The notes under the pieces were generated by a model. That model did not search any database and had not been told where the DNA came from. It saw nothing but the letters and a program-made list of their open reading frames with translations. The position numbers and the translations under genes are program-made. From Macrostomum hystrix (taxonomy: Eukaryota > Animalia > Platyhelminthes), in contig CATNEN010000039.1 of the NCBI GenBank assembly GCA_950097015.1, positions 14,508,001-14,572,000 on the forward strand: a DNA stretch of 64,000 bases, in the 5' to 3' direction. Within the stretch, counting starts at the first letter, position 1; each line of letters starts with the position of its first letter. This document shows, piece after piece, positions 13,601 through 24,765 of this stretch.

Positions 13601-13803
13601 CCTCGGTGGCCGGCAGGCCGGGATTTCTACGCGGCGGCGGGCGTCAAGCGGATCAACGTCGACGCGATGACGCCGATGAAATCGTTGCTTTAGAGGAAGA
13701 CAGAACGAAGGCGATCATTGTAGACGAGACAAAAAATGGAATCGGTCTGGCCGATAGTTGTCGCAACTCGAAGGCGCCGAAGCTGCGAAGGACGTCCCTA
13801 TGA
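7639..13803 (+). CDS. SLC9B2: SLC9B/NHA-type Na+/H+ antiporter, about 723 aa
   Basis: Exons 7639-8596, 8684-9079, 12258-12580 and 13309-13803, all GT-AG and phase-consistent (2172 nt). Motifs LPPLLGML, ILLRAGL, LGAVSPAVVV, KGIPTLIIAASSMDDVLAI (catalytic DD), SWLPKATVQAAIGP and ILLTAPIGA. SLC9B1 versus SLC9B2 orthology is not resolvable; the N-terminus is uncertain. Confidence 0.93.
9112..10200. mobile_element. Palindromic non-autonomous DNA element (MITE-like), interrupted by a SINE
   Basis: GCATCGTCGAGATATTCAGCGATTCTTGTCG near 9224-9254 is inverted at about 10068-10098. Segment 9902-10197 is homologous to 46907-47099. Boundaries are approximate. Confidence 0.55.
9309..9893 (+). mobile_element. 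Apparently full-length 585-bp SINE (family B) with 15-bp target-site duplication
   Basis: AAGCCTTGATGGCGA at 9294-9308 and 9894-9908; tRNA-like head (GTGGGTCAGCGGCTAA A-box-like, AGTTCGATTC B-box-like); GC-rich body; AAATAGATAGAGA tail. Confidence 0.8.
10600..10820 (-). mobile_element. SINE family A copy
   Basis: Minus strand carries A box TAGCCTAGTGTTTAG, B box GGTTCGATTCC and AAGACACTTTACTCTGCATTGCTTCAG, as in the 4190 copy. Confidence 0.8.
11950..12236. repeat. Degenerate CCCTGTCTCATCTCT minisatellite just before an SLC9B acceptor
   Basis: Same family as 26087-27200, in the opposite orientation. Confidence 0.85.
12661..13210. repeat. Two adjacent 20-bp minisatellites (CTGTTAGACAGTAGTGTAGC and TTGTTAGACGTTGGTGTAAC)
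   Basis: Fill most of SLC9B intron 3; share the TGTTAGAC core. Confidence 0.93.
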
Positions 13804-13939
13804 AGGCACCGCTGGATTACTTATAGTGGATCATCTGCTTGTCAGCTTGTCCTTTGAAAACAGAACTTGGAATGCACAAATAGAATTCTACGCGTATAGA
13901 CTTCAATGGTGTGTATGCTCTAGCTCTAGACAAGCTCTA

Positions 13940-14100
13940 GCCTAGTGGCTAGAGCTTCGAACCTCTGACTGGCAGGTCTATGATAGTTTGAGTCTTAGCC
14001 TATGGAATCTCAGCTCACTTGTCCATGGACTGACTAGTTGTACACTGCCTTTGGAAGTACTCTGCAATAGCTGCTACTGTCCCACTGGCTGTACAGCTGG
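13940..14100 (+). mobile_element. Degenerate SINE family A copy
   Basis: GCCTAGTGGCTAGAG head; GTCCATGGACTGA...GCAATAGCTGCTA is shared with 4366-4420. Confidence 0.55.
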
Positions 14101-14719
14101 TCCAATTACAAAGTGCAAATAAAAAAATTACTAAATAACTAGCTAATCATGACTTATCCTAGCAATTCTTGGAAACTCACAATAACTCATTATTTCATGT
14201 CATTATTGATATTTTCCGATGAATGTGAAAACTTTAATTTGTTGTGCCGTGATCTGATCATGTGTAGTGACAATAATTTTATTCAGAAAGTTCGCTAAAG
14301 ACCTTATAATTTGCTAATCGTGATCTGCTAAATCAAAGCAAGAGTCTGGATATTAAGACATCCTTTAACTGGTTAAGCGTGATAAAATCCAAAGTTTTTT
14401 TACATTCAACTTGTTTCGATATCGATACCGATATAATTTACCGATATACCGATATCGACACGAGAAGATAGCGATTCAAGGAGTCATATCATCACGGCTT
14501 GCAAGTGCAACAACGCCTTGGACCCAAAAAGCTGTCTATGGTAAAATCTCCATTATTCTGACTCACTTGTTCGCTAGACTATATGACTATGACCCATTGG
14601 CATGTCTCCCCACCAATAGACACTATGATTGCTCACTCGTCCTAGTTATGCAATCGAGGTATAAAGCACAAAGAAGCCATGCTATTGTCTCATCGACACG
14701 TGGCTAGTCAGTCTTTTGG

Positions 14720-14840
14720 TTTTGGCCAGAGCCAGGGACGAGATATTCAATGCCAGAAGCATTGAATATCTCGACGGTCTGAAGGGCTGGCGACTTGATT
14801 CTTGTTTCAGATGATGCACAGCAAAAATTTAACCCGTGTT
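14720..14840 (+). mobile_element. Dispersed repeat with an inverted copy at about 36745-36838
   Basis: TGAATATCTCGACGGTCTGAAGxGCTGGCGACTTGATTCTTGTTTCAGA is shared between the two copies. Confidence 0.7.
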
Positions 14841-14844
14841 CTTA

Positions 14845-15145
14845 CGTTTGGCACATCATTTGGTGACACCAGACTCGCAGCCAGCGAGGAGGCAATTCCG
14901 CCCATTTCGCTGACTCCCAAGAACACACCACACAGATACTGTATGCAGGCACACGCTAACACATTTGTGTGACTTTCAAATCGTCAGGCAGTGTACACTC
15001 TCACTGTGCCTTGGAGGTTGTTGGCCCTCAAGGTCTCAAGAGTAAATTGCACGACAAGCCCCCAAGCCTTCTCTCCGCGGCTGCGCCCCAAATGAATGTG
15101 GCCTCGCCACATGTGGCGCGAGGGGCAAACGCGTTATCTGCTCTA
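14845..15145 (-). mobile_element. SINE family C copy
   Basis: Collinear with 37465-37772(+): GGCGAGGCCACATTxATTTGGGGCGCAGCCGCG...AAATGATGTGCC. Confidence 0.75.
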
Positions 15146-15770
15146 CCACTCAGTCTTTTGGTTTAAATGACAGGAAAATACAAAACAAATGATGCGTCCA
15201 TGCAGAGTTATGACACGCCTTACAGCACAACTCACATTATGTTATCATATAGATAGACAGGCGGCTTAACATTCATATTTCTTTTGTGAAATATTTTTCG
15301 TCCGGACTTCTAATCTGTGGTAGTCTATGCCGCCATGGACGCCTACCCCCGTTTTGTACCTGCGGTTTGCGTCATTTTCGACTAAAAATAAACTGCCATC
15401 GTGGGGTTGTTTGGGTGCGTAGTAGCTCAGCAAATGCAGATGAGATAAGAAATAAGGATCTATCATTGCTAGTCTACCCGCAAACTACCTACGGTCGGGT
15501 GCTTAAGAGCGGGGTGGAAAGTATGCGTCAGTGGCGAACTATAGTGGCACAGAACTTCGTCTCCAGCCATTTGCTAACTATTTAACTAGACTGCCAGCGA
15601 ACACGCCACACTGCAGCTTCCTGCCTCCCTAGCTTATTCATTAAGCTCAGGTGTTCCTTATTCACCCACCCCAGGTGGAGTAAATACAATTTAAAAAGTC
15701 CAAAGGACCGAAGAAAATTTAAGACTAAAACGAAGCTGCTCAAATGCTGAAAACTTAAGCCTGACCAAAG

Positions 15771-17996
15771 ATGTCGAAAATTCCGACCGGCTTTTCCAGC
15801 GATGCGTTATTTTGCCCAACTAACGAGTCGGTGAGCTTTCCGCAGGATGAGCCGGTGAGCTTTGCTTTTTGGCTGGCTTTGTTTAAGCACGCAGAACTCG
15901 CAATTTATTCAAACGTGGTATTTCTACTACTAATGAAAGTAACTTTTAGTACTATAGAACTATAGTTCATGGGTTGCTATACGTCTGTCGATAATAATTT
16001 TTTATTATCTCGTAATTACTATCCTCACTCTCCTGCTCGTCATTTCAGAAGTCAGTAATCATATTTAGGGGAAACAGCGCCACAAATATGGTGCCGGCGA
16101 GCCGCGCCAGCGTTGAAAGCGTGGACTTGAACGATCTGAACATTTTCGGCGACGTGAGAGCTTTTCCACTTAGTTTTCTTTACTTTGCAATTCCGCCTCA
16201 TCGCTGCATTCTGAATGGAAACCGAACATCTTGCGACAGATTCAAATGATGCCAGGCTACGCAGAGAACAACATGGACGCGTTGGCAACAGCGCCGGAGC
16301 GATCCCAACCGGAGACCGGTCCCGGCCTGGGTTCGAGTGGAAGCGAGCCTGTTCACCTGACTACGGAAGCTCCGGAGGGATTTTATTATCCCATGGACCA
16401 AAGCTTCGTGTCCAATCATCAAAGCGGATCGTTGAGCAGCCTAGAGTTCCTAGAGCTTCTAAGCCAGGATGCTTGTCCGACGATGCTAGAGGGTATTCAA
16501 CAACAGCAGCAGCAGCCGCTACAGTGCACAACGAGTCTTTTCGACTATCAGCCAGATCACTTTGTGGACAAGCGCTTCAATACCTCCATGGGAACAGTTC
16601 CGCAGTCAGCAGCAGCGTCCAACACCACCTACTGTGGGATGAAAAACAAGGACATCGATGCAATGATTTCTCAGGTTTTTCCGCCTCAGAACCAGGAACA
16701 ACATGATACCAGCGTTCCGTGCTCATCTGAGCACCAGGCCCCCAAAGTGACTAGGGAGCCCCAGGTTCTGATGGGGGAAAACTTTTACTTTTGGTCGGAT
16801 TTGAATAGTCGGACACTAATAGTTAAGGCGGCTCCGACGGTTGACTTCAACCAAGCTCAAATACACTCTGCTGCTGGTCACATGCTGGGACTGCCAAAAA
16901 ACTCTTTTCCGAATGACCCAAGTCATGCCTTGGCGCCTGCGCCGCCAATCATTAACCCGAACGATGGTGACGACTCGTTTCTGACGGATCTTTTCTCCCC
17001 GAGGCCCGAGCTGTCTGCTCAGGATGGTGACGAGTCGTTTCTGACGGATCTTTTCTCCCCGAGGCCCGAGCTGTCTGCTCAGGATGGTGACGACTCGTTT
17101 CTGACGGATCTTTTCTCCCCGAGGCCCGAGTTGTCTGCTCAGGATGGTGACGACTCGTTTCTGACGGATCTTTTCTCCCCGAGGACCGAGTTGTCTGCTC
17201 AGGATGGTGACGACTCGTTTCTGATGGATCTTTTCTCCCCGAGGACCGAGTTGTCTGCTCAGGATGGTGACGACTCGTTTCTGACGGATCTTTTCTCCCC
17301 GACGACCGAGTTGTCTGCTCAGGATGGTGACGAGTTGGACCGAAAAGTGGAACGAATTCGAGAATTAATTGGTGAGCACACAGAAAGCCTCTGTCAGTGT
17401 ATTGATCTGAGTCTGTGTTGGTTGCTCATTATTTCAACAATGTTTAGGTACATTCAGACTATAAAGTCTTTGTAACTGAGCCATAGCGCAGTTGACAATA
17501 CACGCTTTCTGTAAACAAAAATTCAGCCAAGCGCCGCAGAGTCGCACGTAACGCTCTGACGAATCGCCACGTGCGGGTACACGAGGTGGTCCAGATCATA
17601 CTGCTAGGCGATCTCGCAAACTGCGACGAACTCTGCAACATTCTGAGCTTCTGCACCGACGACGGCTTCGAGCATCGACAGGTGTGCAGCAACTTCATGG
17701 TCCGCGACACAAAGGCCATGGGCCAGATCTGGAAGAGACTGAAGGGCAACTCTAATGGCGACTATGACACATTCGCTCGGGCCATGAGGTTCGTGAAAAT
17801 TATTGGCACTCACGGGGTTGCAGGACAATGTGCTTAAAATATTGAACTGAATCAAACTTGCAGAACCTGTCGAGAGTCCGGCAAGGGGTACTTCAGCTAC
17901 CTGGACGAAGGCAAAGGCTCGAGAAAGCGCATCTACAAGCTGGGAGATAGGTCAATGCAAGAAATCAAATATGCGGCTAGTACACAGATCTACTAG
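15771..17996 (+). CDS. Divergent ETS-domain transcription factor, copy 1, with six 20-aa acidic repeats
   Basis: Exons 15771-15830 (tentative; otherwise ATG 16246), 16240-17371, 17527-17788 and 17864-17996. The C-terminus FMVRDTKAMGQIWKRLKGNSNGDYDTFARAMR|TC...RKRIYKLG aligns with the ETS consensus FKLVDxxxVARLWGxRKNxPxMNYDKLSRALRYY...RLVYKF, with both recognition-helix arginines kept. Confidence 0.8.
16963..17322 (+). repeat. Coding 60-bp tandem repeat x6 (DGDDSFLTDLFSPRPELSAQ)
   Basis: Six near-identical in-frame units inside ETS copy 1; copy 2 has a single unit. Confidence 0.97.
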
Positions 17997-18860
17997 TAGA
18001 GCGGTCTTAGTGCCCACGATGTCATACTTTACAATTTCTTCTGTGCTGTCTGACATTTCTGCTTGTCAATCTTGTTTGATGTGTAAGTTCTGTTTGCGAC
18101 ATACACAAGCGTAGAATAAACTTATGCAAGCCATAGTCGTACATGTTTTTTTCATTAAAATTAGGTTTGTCTTATATAAAAAGCTTCCTGTTAATAGTGC
18201 AAAGCTGATTATTAGAAATTTCGGTTTGATCACTGTCGCCTTGACAGCCAAATGGAACACATTTCGACTTATTTTCGTTTCGACCTAAATAACAATCTTT
18301 CATTGTTATATGGCGTGCTCCGTTGTATTGATTTCATTAGTCGCTTTTTTGAGGATGAACATATTTTATCCTATCGATCCTGTACACTTCGATGCTGAGC
18401 ATCCGACAGATTTTTTGAGCCCACAATTTCTTGGAAGAGATATGTTTTCATAACTGCTTACCTAATAACCCCACTATAATTGATAATTTCAAATGTACAG
18501 ACACATTTTTAGTGGTTTTGATTGATGATTTTTTGTTGAAAAGTACACTATAATTTGTATTATCAAACTAATTTTTTTCTCAAAGCTTTAATCGGAATTA
18601 ATTTTAACTGTGCCTTAGCCCTCGCGATGGTGAATAACTATCGATCGTCTTGCCCGTCTGTACTGGAATACGACAGGAATCTCAAATAGAGGGGCCAATG
18701 TTCCATACTAATTGCCGCTAACTGACTAGTCATTACCAGGTAGTTAGAAAACTAGGGATATTTACTCCTCCCAACCTGAAGTTAAGCTGGCGTCGTTGCT
18801 TACCTCAGAGTCTTCATTCTGTACTTCCAGCAATAACGTTTTTCATCCGCATCGGTTCCC

Positions 18861-19897
18861 ATGGCTCTCTCTCTCGGCGATCCGATTCCGGCACAGCCAG
18901 TCTTTGTTACTGACGACGACAAATATGATATGCGGCACGATGTGCAGGACGACATTGACCAAAATGTGGAGAGATTTCAGGAAGTCATTGGTGAGCGCTG
19001 TCAGCTCAAACATGCCCGATGCCAGTCTAATCAGACTTTCGTGCACTTGTAAATTTAATTTTTAGCCGTACGGACAACCAACTCATTTCCCAATGACCCA
19101 AGTCATGCCGTGGCGCCTGCGCCGCCAATCATTAACCCGGACGATGGTGACGACTCGTTTCTGATGGATCTTTTACCCCCGAGGACCGAGTTGTCTGCTC
19201 AGGATGGTGACGAGTTGGACCGAAAAGTGGAACGAATTCGAGAATTAATTGGTGAGCACACAGAAAGCCTCTGTCAGTGTATTGATCTGAGTCTGTGTTG
19301 GTTGCTCATTATTTCAACAATTTAGCATGTATTTAGGTACATTCAGACTATAAAGTCTTTGTAACTGAGCCATAGCGCAGTTGACAATACACGCTTTCTG
19401 TAAACAAAAATTCAGCCAAGCGCCGCAGAGTCGCACGCAACGCTCTGACGAATCGCCACGTGCGGGTACACGAGGTGGTCCAGATCATACTGCTAGGCGA
19501 TCTCGCAAACTGCGACGAACTCTGCAACATTCTGAGCTTCTGCACCGACGACGGCTTCGAGCATCGACAGGTGTGCAGCAACTTCATGGTCCGCGACACA
19601 AAGGCCATGGGCCAGATCTGGAAGAGACTGAAGGGCAACTCTAATGGCGACTATGACACATTCGCTCGGGCCATGAGGTTCGTGAAAATTATTGGCACTC
19701 ACGGGGTTGCAGGACAATGTGCTTAAAATATTGAACTGAATCAAACTTGCAGAACCTGTCGAGAGTCCGGCAAGGGGTACTTCAGCTACCTGGACGAAGG
19801 CAAAGGCTCGAGAAAGCGAGTTTACAGGCTGGGTGATAAGTCGTTAGAAGTACTTCGATCACTTGCTATAACCTTGCACCAGTTGCATGAAGCCTAA
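18861..19897 (+). CDS. Divergent ETS-domain transcription factor, copy 2 (short, chimeric)
   Basis: Exons 18861-18990, 19066-19251, 19416-19677 and 19753-19897, all phase-consistent. The ETS domain is identical to copy 1 up to RKR; the tail differs (VYRLGDKSLEVLRSLAITLHQLHEA*). Confidence 0.72.
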
Positions 19898-20119
19898 TGT
19901 GTAACGAATCATTGGTTGCGCTACTTTTTTTAGCAAACCCTTTACCACTGCGTGCTAAACTATTGTCGTTATCTGTTATTAAGGGCCTGTCTTTTACGCA
20001 AAAAGTCTCTCAGATTTCATACCTTGACGTAACACCTTAATTGTTCAATAATTTAAATATTTATAATCCGAACCAATTAATAAACACATACCGGAGTCGG
20101 TCTGAGTGCGGCTTCTCGA

Positions 20120-20464
20120 CCTTATGTCATCAACCTCATGTTATCAATCTTTTTCATCAGACTTATGTCATCAACCTCATGTTATCAATCTTTTTCATCA
20201 GACTTATGTCATCAACCTCATGTTATCAATCTTTTTCATCAGACTTATGTCATCAACCTCATGTTATCAATCTTTTTCATCAGACTTATGTCATCAACCT
20301 CATGTTATCAATCTTTTTCATCAGACTTATGTCATCAACCTCATGTTATCAATCTTTTTCATCAGACTTATGTCATCAACCTCATGTTATCAATCTTTTT
20401 CATCAGACTTATGTCATCAACCTCATGTTATCAATCTTTTTCATCAGACTTATGTCATCAACCT
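20120..20464. repeat. 41-bp minisatellite, about 8 essentially perfect copies
   Basis: Unit CAGACTTATGTCATCAACCTCATGTTATCAATCTTTTTCAT. Confidence 0.97.
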
Positions 20465-20965
20465 ACCATGCAAGGAGCGTTTGAACAGTCCTTTGAATTT
20501 ATTGAAATTCCGACAACATTTTAATAAGCTTGTATTTTGAGTTAACACTGAACCGACTCTCTAATAGATCGATATTAGATTTCAAGGTAAATAAGCGAGT
20601 GTAGTTGTCCATATGTACCATATATATGTACTTAAAATAACAATACTCTTGATAATTAACTCCTGGTTTAGCATTTCGTAGCATTTGCAAAACTGATATT
20701 AACAATGCATAAAATGTTGAGCTGCAAACTGGCCATAGTCTTCAGTTAAAACGAAATAAAAAACACAGAATATTACGAGCATAGCAAGTGACTAGGCCTT
20801 AAAAACTATATGTAAAAGAAAGGTTTACTCACTGCTTACGGGGGCGGCCACAATGCAACCGCCCTTCGCCAGAGGACTTGATATCTAGTATCCGAGTCAT
20901 ATAGTTGAAATTATTTTCAAATATTCGTTTTAAGACATTCGCTTAGCGCTAATCTCGATCAAGCA

Positions 20966-23756
20966 CTAATCGACATTAGGCAGGAGAATTTCTAACCTGT
21001 AACTGCTTTCATCAAAGTCCGCCTGTCCCCATAGCCGACGACGCAGTAATTTTCGAATCATCGCCCGGGACCAGCGGGTCTGGCTCTGCAACGCGAAGGC
21101 CTGCAGCAAGCGAGTCATGGCGAACCGGAAGTCCAGATCAGCGCTGATCCTTGCCAAGCGATCCGATAGCATCGCTATCATGAAGTTGAACACGAATATA
21201 GACACTACAATGTAGTAAAATATGTAAACAATAGACACGCCTTTGTAGCCATCGACTGACAGGCTCGGGGAGAAGGTGAACTGGAAAACGCCTATCACAG
21301 TTGACAGCAGTTTGCTATCCGAATTGGAGGTGAAAGCTGCCTCACAGGGCAACATGAACATAAAGAGCCAGCTGAAAATGAGGACTATCAGCACTGTGAA
21401 CTCTGACAACACAAAGAATGACGGCATCAGGTAGACCATCATGCAGCAGTGCTTAGACAACGCACTGCCCAGATAGGCAATGAACAGTAATAGCAGGAAA
21501 CAATAGGCGAAAACTATTGAGTGAATTCCAACGATGAATTGTTGATTTCGCTCCACATTAGCAAAGTGCAGCGAGTCGTTTACTGGCACTGTAATGATAT
21601 AGGCGTCGGTGCGTACGTAGAGTGTTATGAGGAACAGCACTAGAGGTAGCATGATCATGCTGATCGGTAAAAGTGCGTTCCACGATGAGCTAAACAGCGA
21701 TCGGCATCGAGAGCGATATAACTGCGCATGATCGCTTCTGCAAGTGGGCAGGTGGTTGGGTGGGATGTAATGTTACTGTCAATCAAAATTCCAGAAGATA
21801 TTTTGCGCCTATGTGCACGGGATTTTCTCACTTGTTAATCGTGTGGCCCTGAAAAAACTATTCAGGCGGTTTAAGTCATTGCAGGACGTCGATAGCAAGT
21901 TGTATATCTAGGCTAATTTACTTCCCCATAAAAACCATTCAGGCGTCTAATATTGTTTTATCAGCGCTTAAGTTGACTTAAATTAGAGAAATGATAGGAA
22001 ATAAGACTGGGTGTCAATCGTTACAAAATAGTAAAGAAGCACTCTATGGAGTAGTTTGAGCTCGTATAAACGAGTCACGGAGCCGTTTTCAGCAGACTGC
22101 CTATCTGCCTTCCATGCCCGGACTGTACTCACACAAGACGCTGCAAATGATAGTGAGCAAAGAGCAGGACTATGGATAACAGCGTTCCGGAGAAATCCAC
22201 CAGTAGCACCAGCCATCGGAGCAGCTCACGTAGAAGGGAGCTCCGGTTGGTACTGACCAGTAGTTCGATGCCGAAGCACTTATCAAACTGTGTATCCACG
22301 TCATTCATGTCGTGATCTTTTAGATAGACAACTGAGTAGAGCCTGATCGTTCCCACCGTGATCAAGAGCATGAAGATGCAGATCATGAGCAGGGTCATGA
22401 CTCCCCATCGCCAGTTCAGCTCGCCGGAGATGTCCGCCATCCAGCGGCGAGCCAGACGGCTGGCCAGGAAGTCTTTCATGCGACCCGACTGTGCAGTTTT
22501 GGCGCTGCATCCTGCAGAGACATCGGAGTGACGGTGCAGCCACTGGCAGCAGAGTATGAGCAGTGGGTGTCTATGGAACCGGCTTCCACAACTCCAGTGG
22601 TAGTCGCTCAGATCTAGGCTGTGGAGACTTGCTATGCCATGCTGGGAAATTGCCTTGGAATATCTACAATTCAAGAATGTTTTTTCTCTAGATTTCTTAC
22701 TAAATCTGCTGTTATAATCAATTTAACTCAAAATTGTAGACCAATCTACCTTGTTGTCCTCAAGATATTATCGAACAGGATAAACTGACCCATTGATACG
22801 GCGAACTCGAGTGCATTGCAACCAGTGTGGATACACTCAGTGTCAAGCGCTTCAATTAAAAGTGGAACATCTGCCAACTGAGCCAGAAACCTGGTACACT
22901 GACGCTGCTCAGCTTCTGAGTCTGCAGCGGCTGCTGCTCGCGCGATCAGCACGTGAACCAGCGGGGGCGGCGGTGGCGGCGGCGATGTCTTAATTGTGCC
23001 GAAAAGGCGGCACAGCAGCCTCGTGCACTTTACTGACAAGTAGGAAACGGCAATTTCAAGTGGATGGCAGTGCGTAGCGGCGATCCAGCCTGCGAAGTCG
23101 GCATCACTAACTGAGCTGTCATGGGACTTGCGCTCGTCATCTAGATCCCATGGCGGCTGCCAGTCTCCAAGACGTTGAGAGAAAAATATCCTAATCGATT
23201 TCTGGTTGCTGTATGACAGGAAATTAAAGCTGCTGTCATCATCGATCCGGAGGGCAGTTAGGACGTCCTCAGTCGATGGCAGAGGGGTTGCTATAGAGGT
23301 CTCTTCGTCCATCTCCAGTAGTTCCAAAGGCTCTTCACTGGTCTGCACCGAGCTTAGCACACCGTTGATCGCGCTTCTGCTGCACGCACTGCTGAAGCTG
23401 CCCTGAGCATTGCTGCACCTCCACTGGACTCGAAGCAGCCGCAGTTGATTGTCCTCCTGAGCCTTGGTGGGAGTTGCAGCATCTTCAGCTTTGGCCAGGG
23501 GTGCAATTCTGATCACCTTTGAGCAGTCTCCAACTAGTTTAATGCTAGAATCTTTTATTTGGTCCTCTGACTGCAGCTGATGCTGCTGCACTTGCTTCGG
23601 CTCGTGTAAATTGGCTAGAATTGTGAAAAGTCCGACATGTACTGTCTAAAAGTATGTCCCGTGATAGTACTTAAATAATAGTGAATTCATATGCCATTGC
23701 TTTGAAATTTACTTGAGTTAGAAAAATCTGGAAATCAATCACTTACATTCTGACAT
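20966..23756 (-). CDS. TRPV-like cation channel (ankyrin-like repeats plus transmembrane domain), about 725 aa
   Basis: Exons 23756-23747, 23614-22750, 22663-22133 and 21737-20966, GT-AG, 2178 nt in frame. Ankyrin-like HPLEIAV, PLVHVLI and GCNALEFAVSMGQFILFDNIL; pore-helix-like STVIGVFQFTF; S6/TRP helix IFVFNFMIAMLSDRLARIS (compare LLLNMLIALMGETVxxIA). Confidence 0.8.
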
Positions 23757-24751
23757 TCTCCTGCTTCACCCAAAACTTGTGTTGGTCTCTTGTGGAATCG
23801 TGTGCCGCGTCTCTGCTGAGCTCCTGTATCCCCTATTTTGGCTCGAGCCGGGTCTCTAGTTTTATTTGCCAGTTGTAAATACTGCCCCACAGTCGCAATC
23901 AGAATAATTGGCTCCCTGAATTTATGGATTTATCAGCAGTTGGAGTGGTTGAGCTTCCTGGCAACGGCACGTACCTGGCACAATAGCAACTCTTCATTTG
24001 GTAATCTACAAAGAGAGAATTAATTGCTTTCCGACATCAACCGGATACCTCCGCTGCACCTTTGGTACATCTGCAGCAACGGTTCCGGAAGCAAATACTC
24101 CGGTTCATGATATTATTTGACTTGCTGTTCATAAATTTAAGCATCGGTGCGCTTAGCTTAGCAGTTTCCTTTTGACTGGATCGGCACTACTTATCAGTAA
24201 TCACACTCGGTTTTTAACAGAAAAAGCTTAAGTTGGGAGTATTGCACCATTGTGAGAAAGCAGAAAGAGCGGACTGAGAAGAATGTACTGAAATCGAAAA
24301 CGAAATATTTTATGCGTTTGCAAATAGCACTTGAACAAGAGTAGCTTAGTAAGTACTTTTGCCAAAATTTTGAGAGTGGCTTTGCTTTCAATTTTGAGAT
24401 ATACGAGATATATACGAAGCAACTGGAGGTGGAGAGCGGCATCAGTGATGTTTGTGATTTTTAATGTCGCGGAATGTTTAAGCCTATTCATTTATTTCGA
24501 CACACAACTGGCTTTATATACAAGTATTTCATTTTCCCATTTTCCTACTCCAAGCTTGGCGAGAACCTCAGAACCTCAGAACCCCAACAGCGAAGAACCG
24601 GCAAAAAATTAAGAAATTGGAGTCTGGAAAAGAGGAAAAACGTCGGAAAATGATTAGATTGCGGAGGGTGGGCGACAGCCCCAGGTCGGAGCCCGCATAT
24701 GCCAGATTTGCATGCGACTGCGGCTACAAGGGAGAGAGCGGTTGGCCCTCG

Positions 24752-24765
24752 GTTGCCATGCCAAC
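24752..24765. promoter_or_regulatory. RFX X-box candidate GTTGCCATGCCAAC
   Basis: One mismatch from the palindromic X-box GTTGCCATGGCAAC; lies between the divergent TRPV and ANKRD63 starts. A second X-box-like site, GTTGCCGTGACAGC, is at 25257-25270. Confidence 0.45.
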
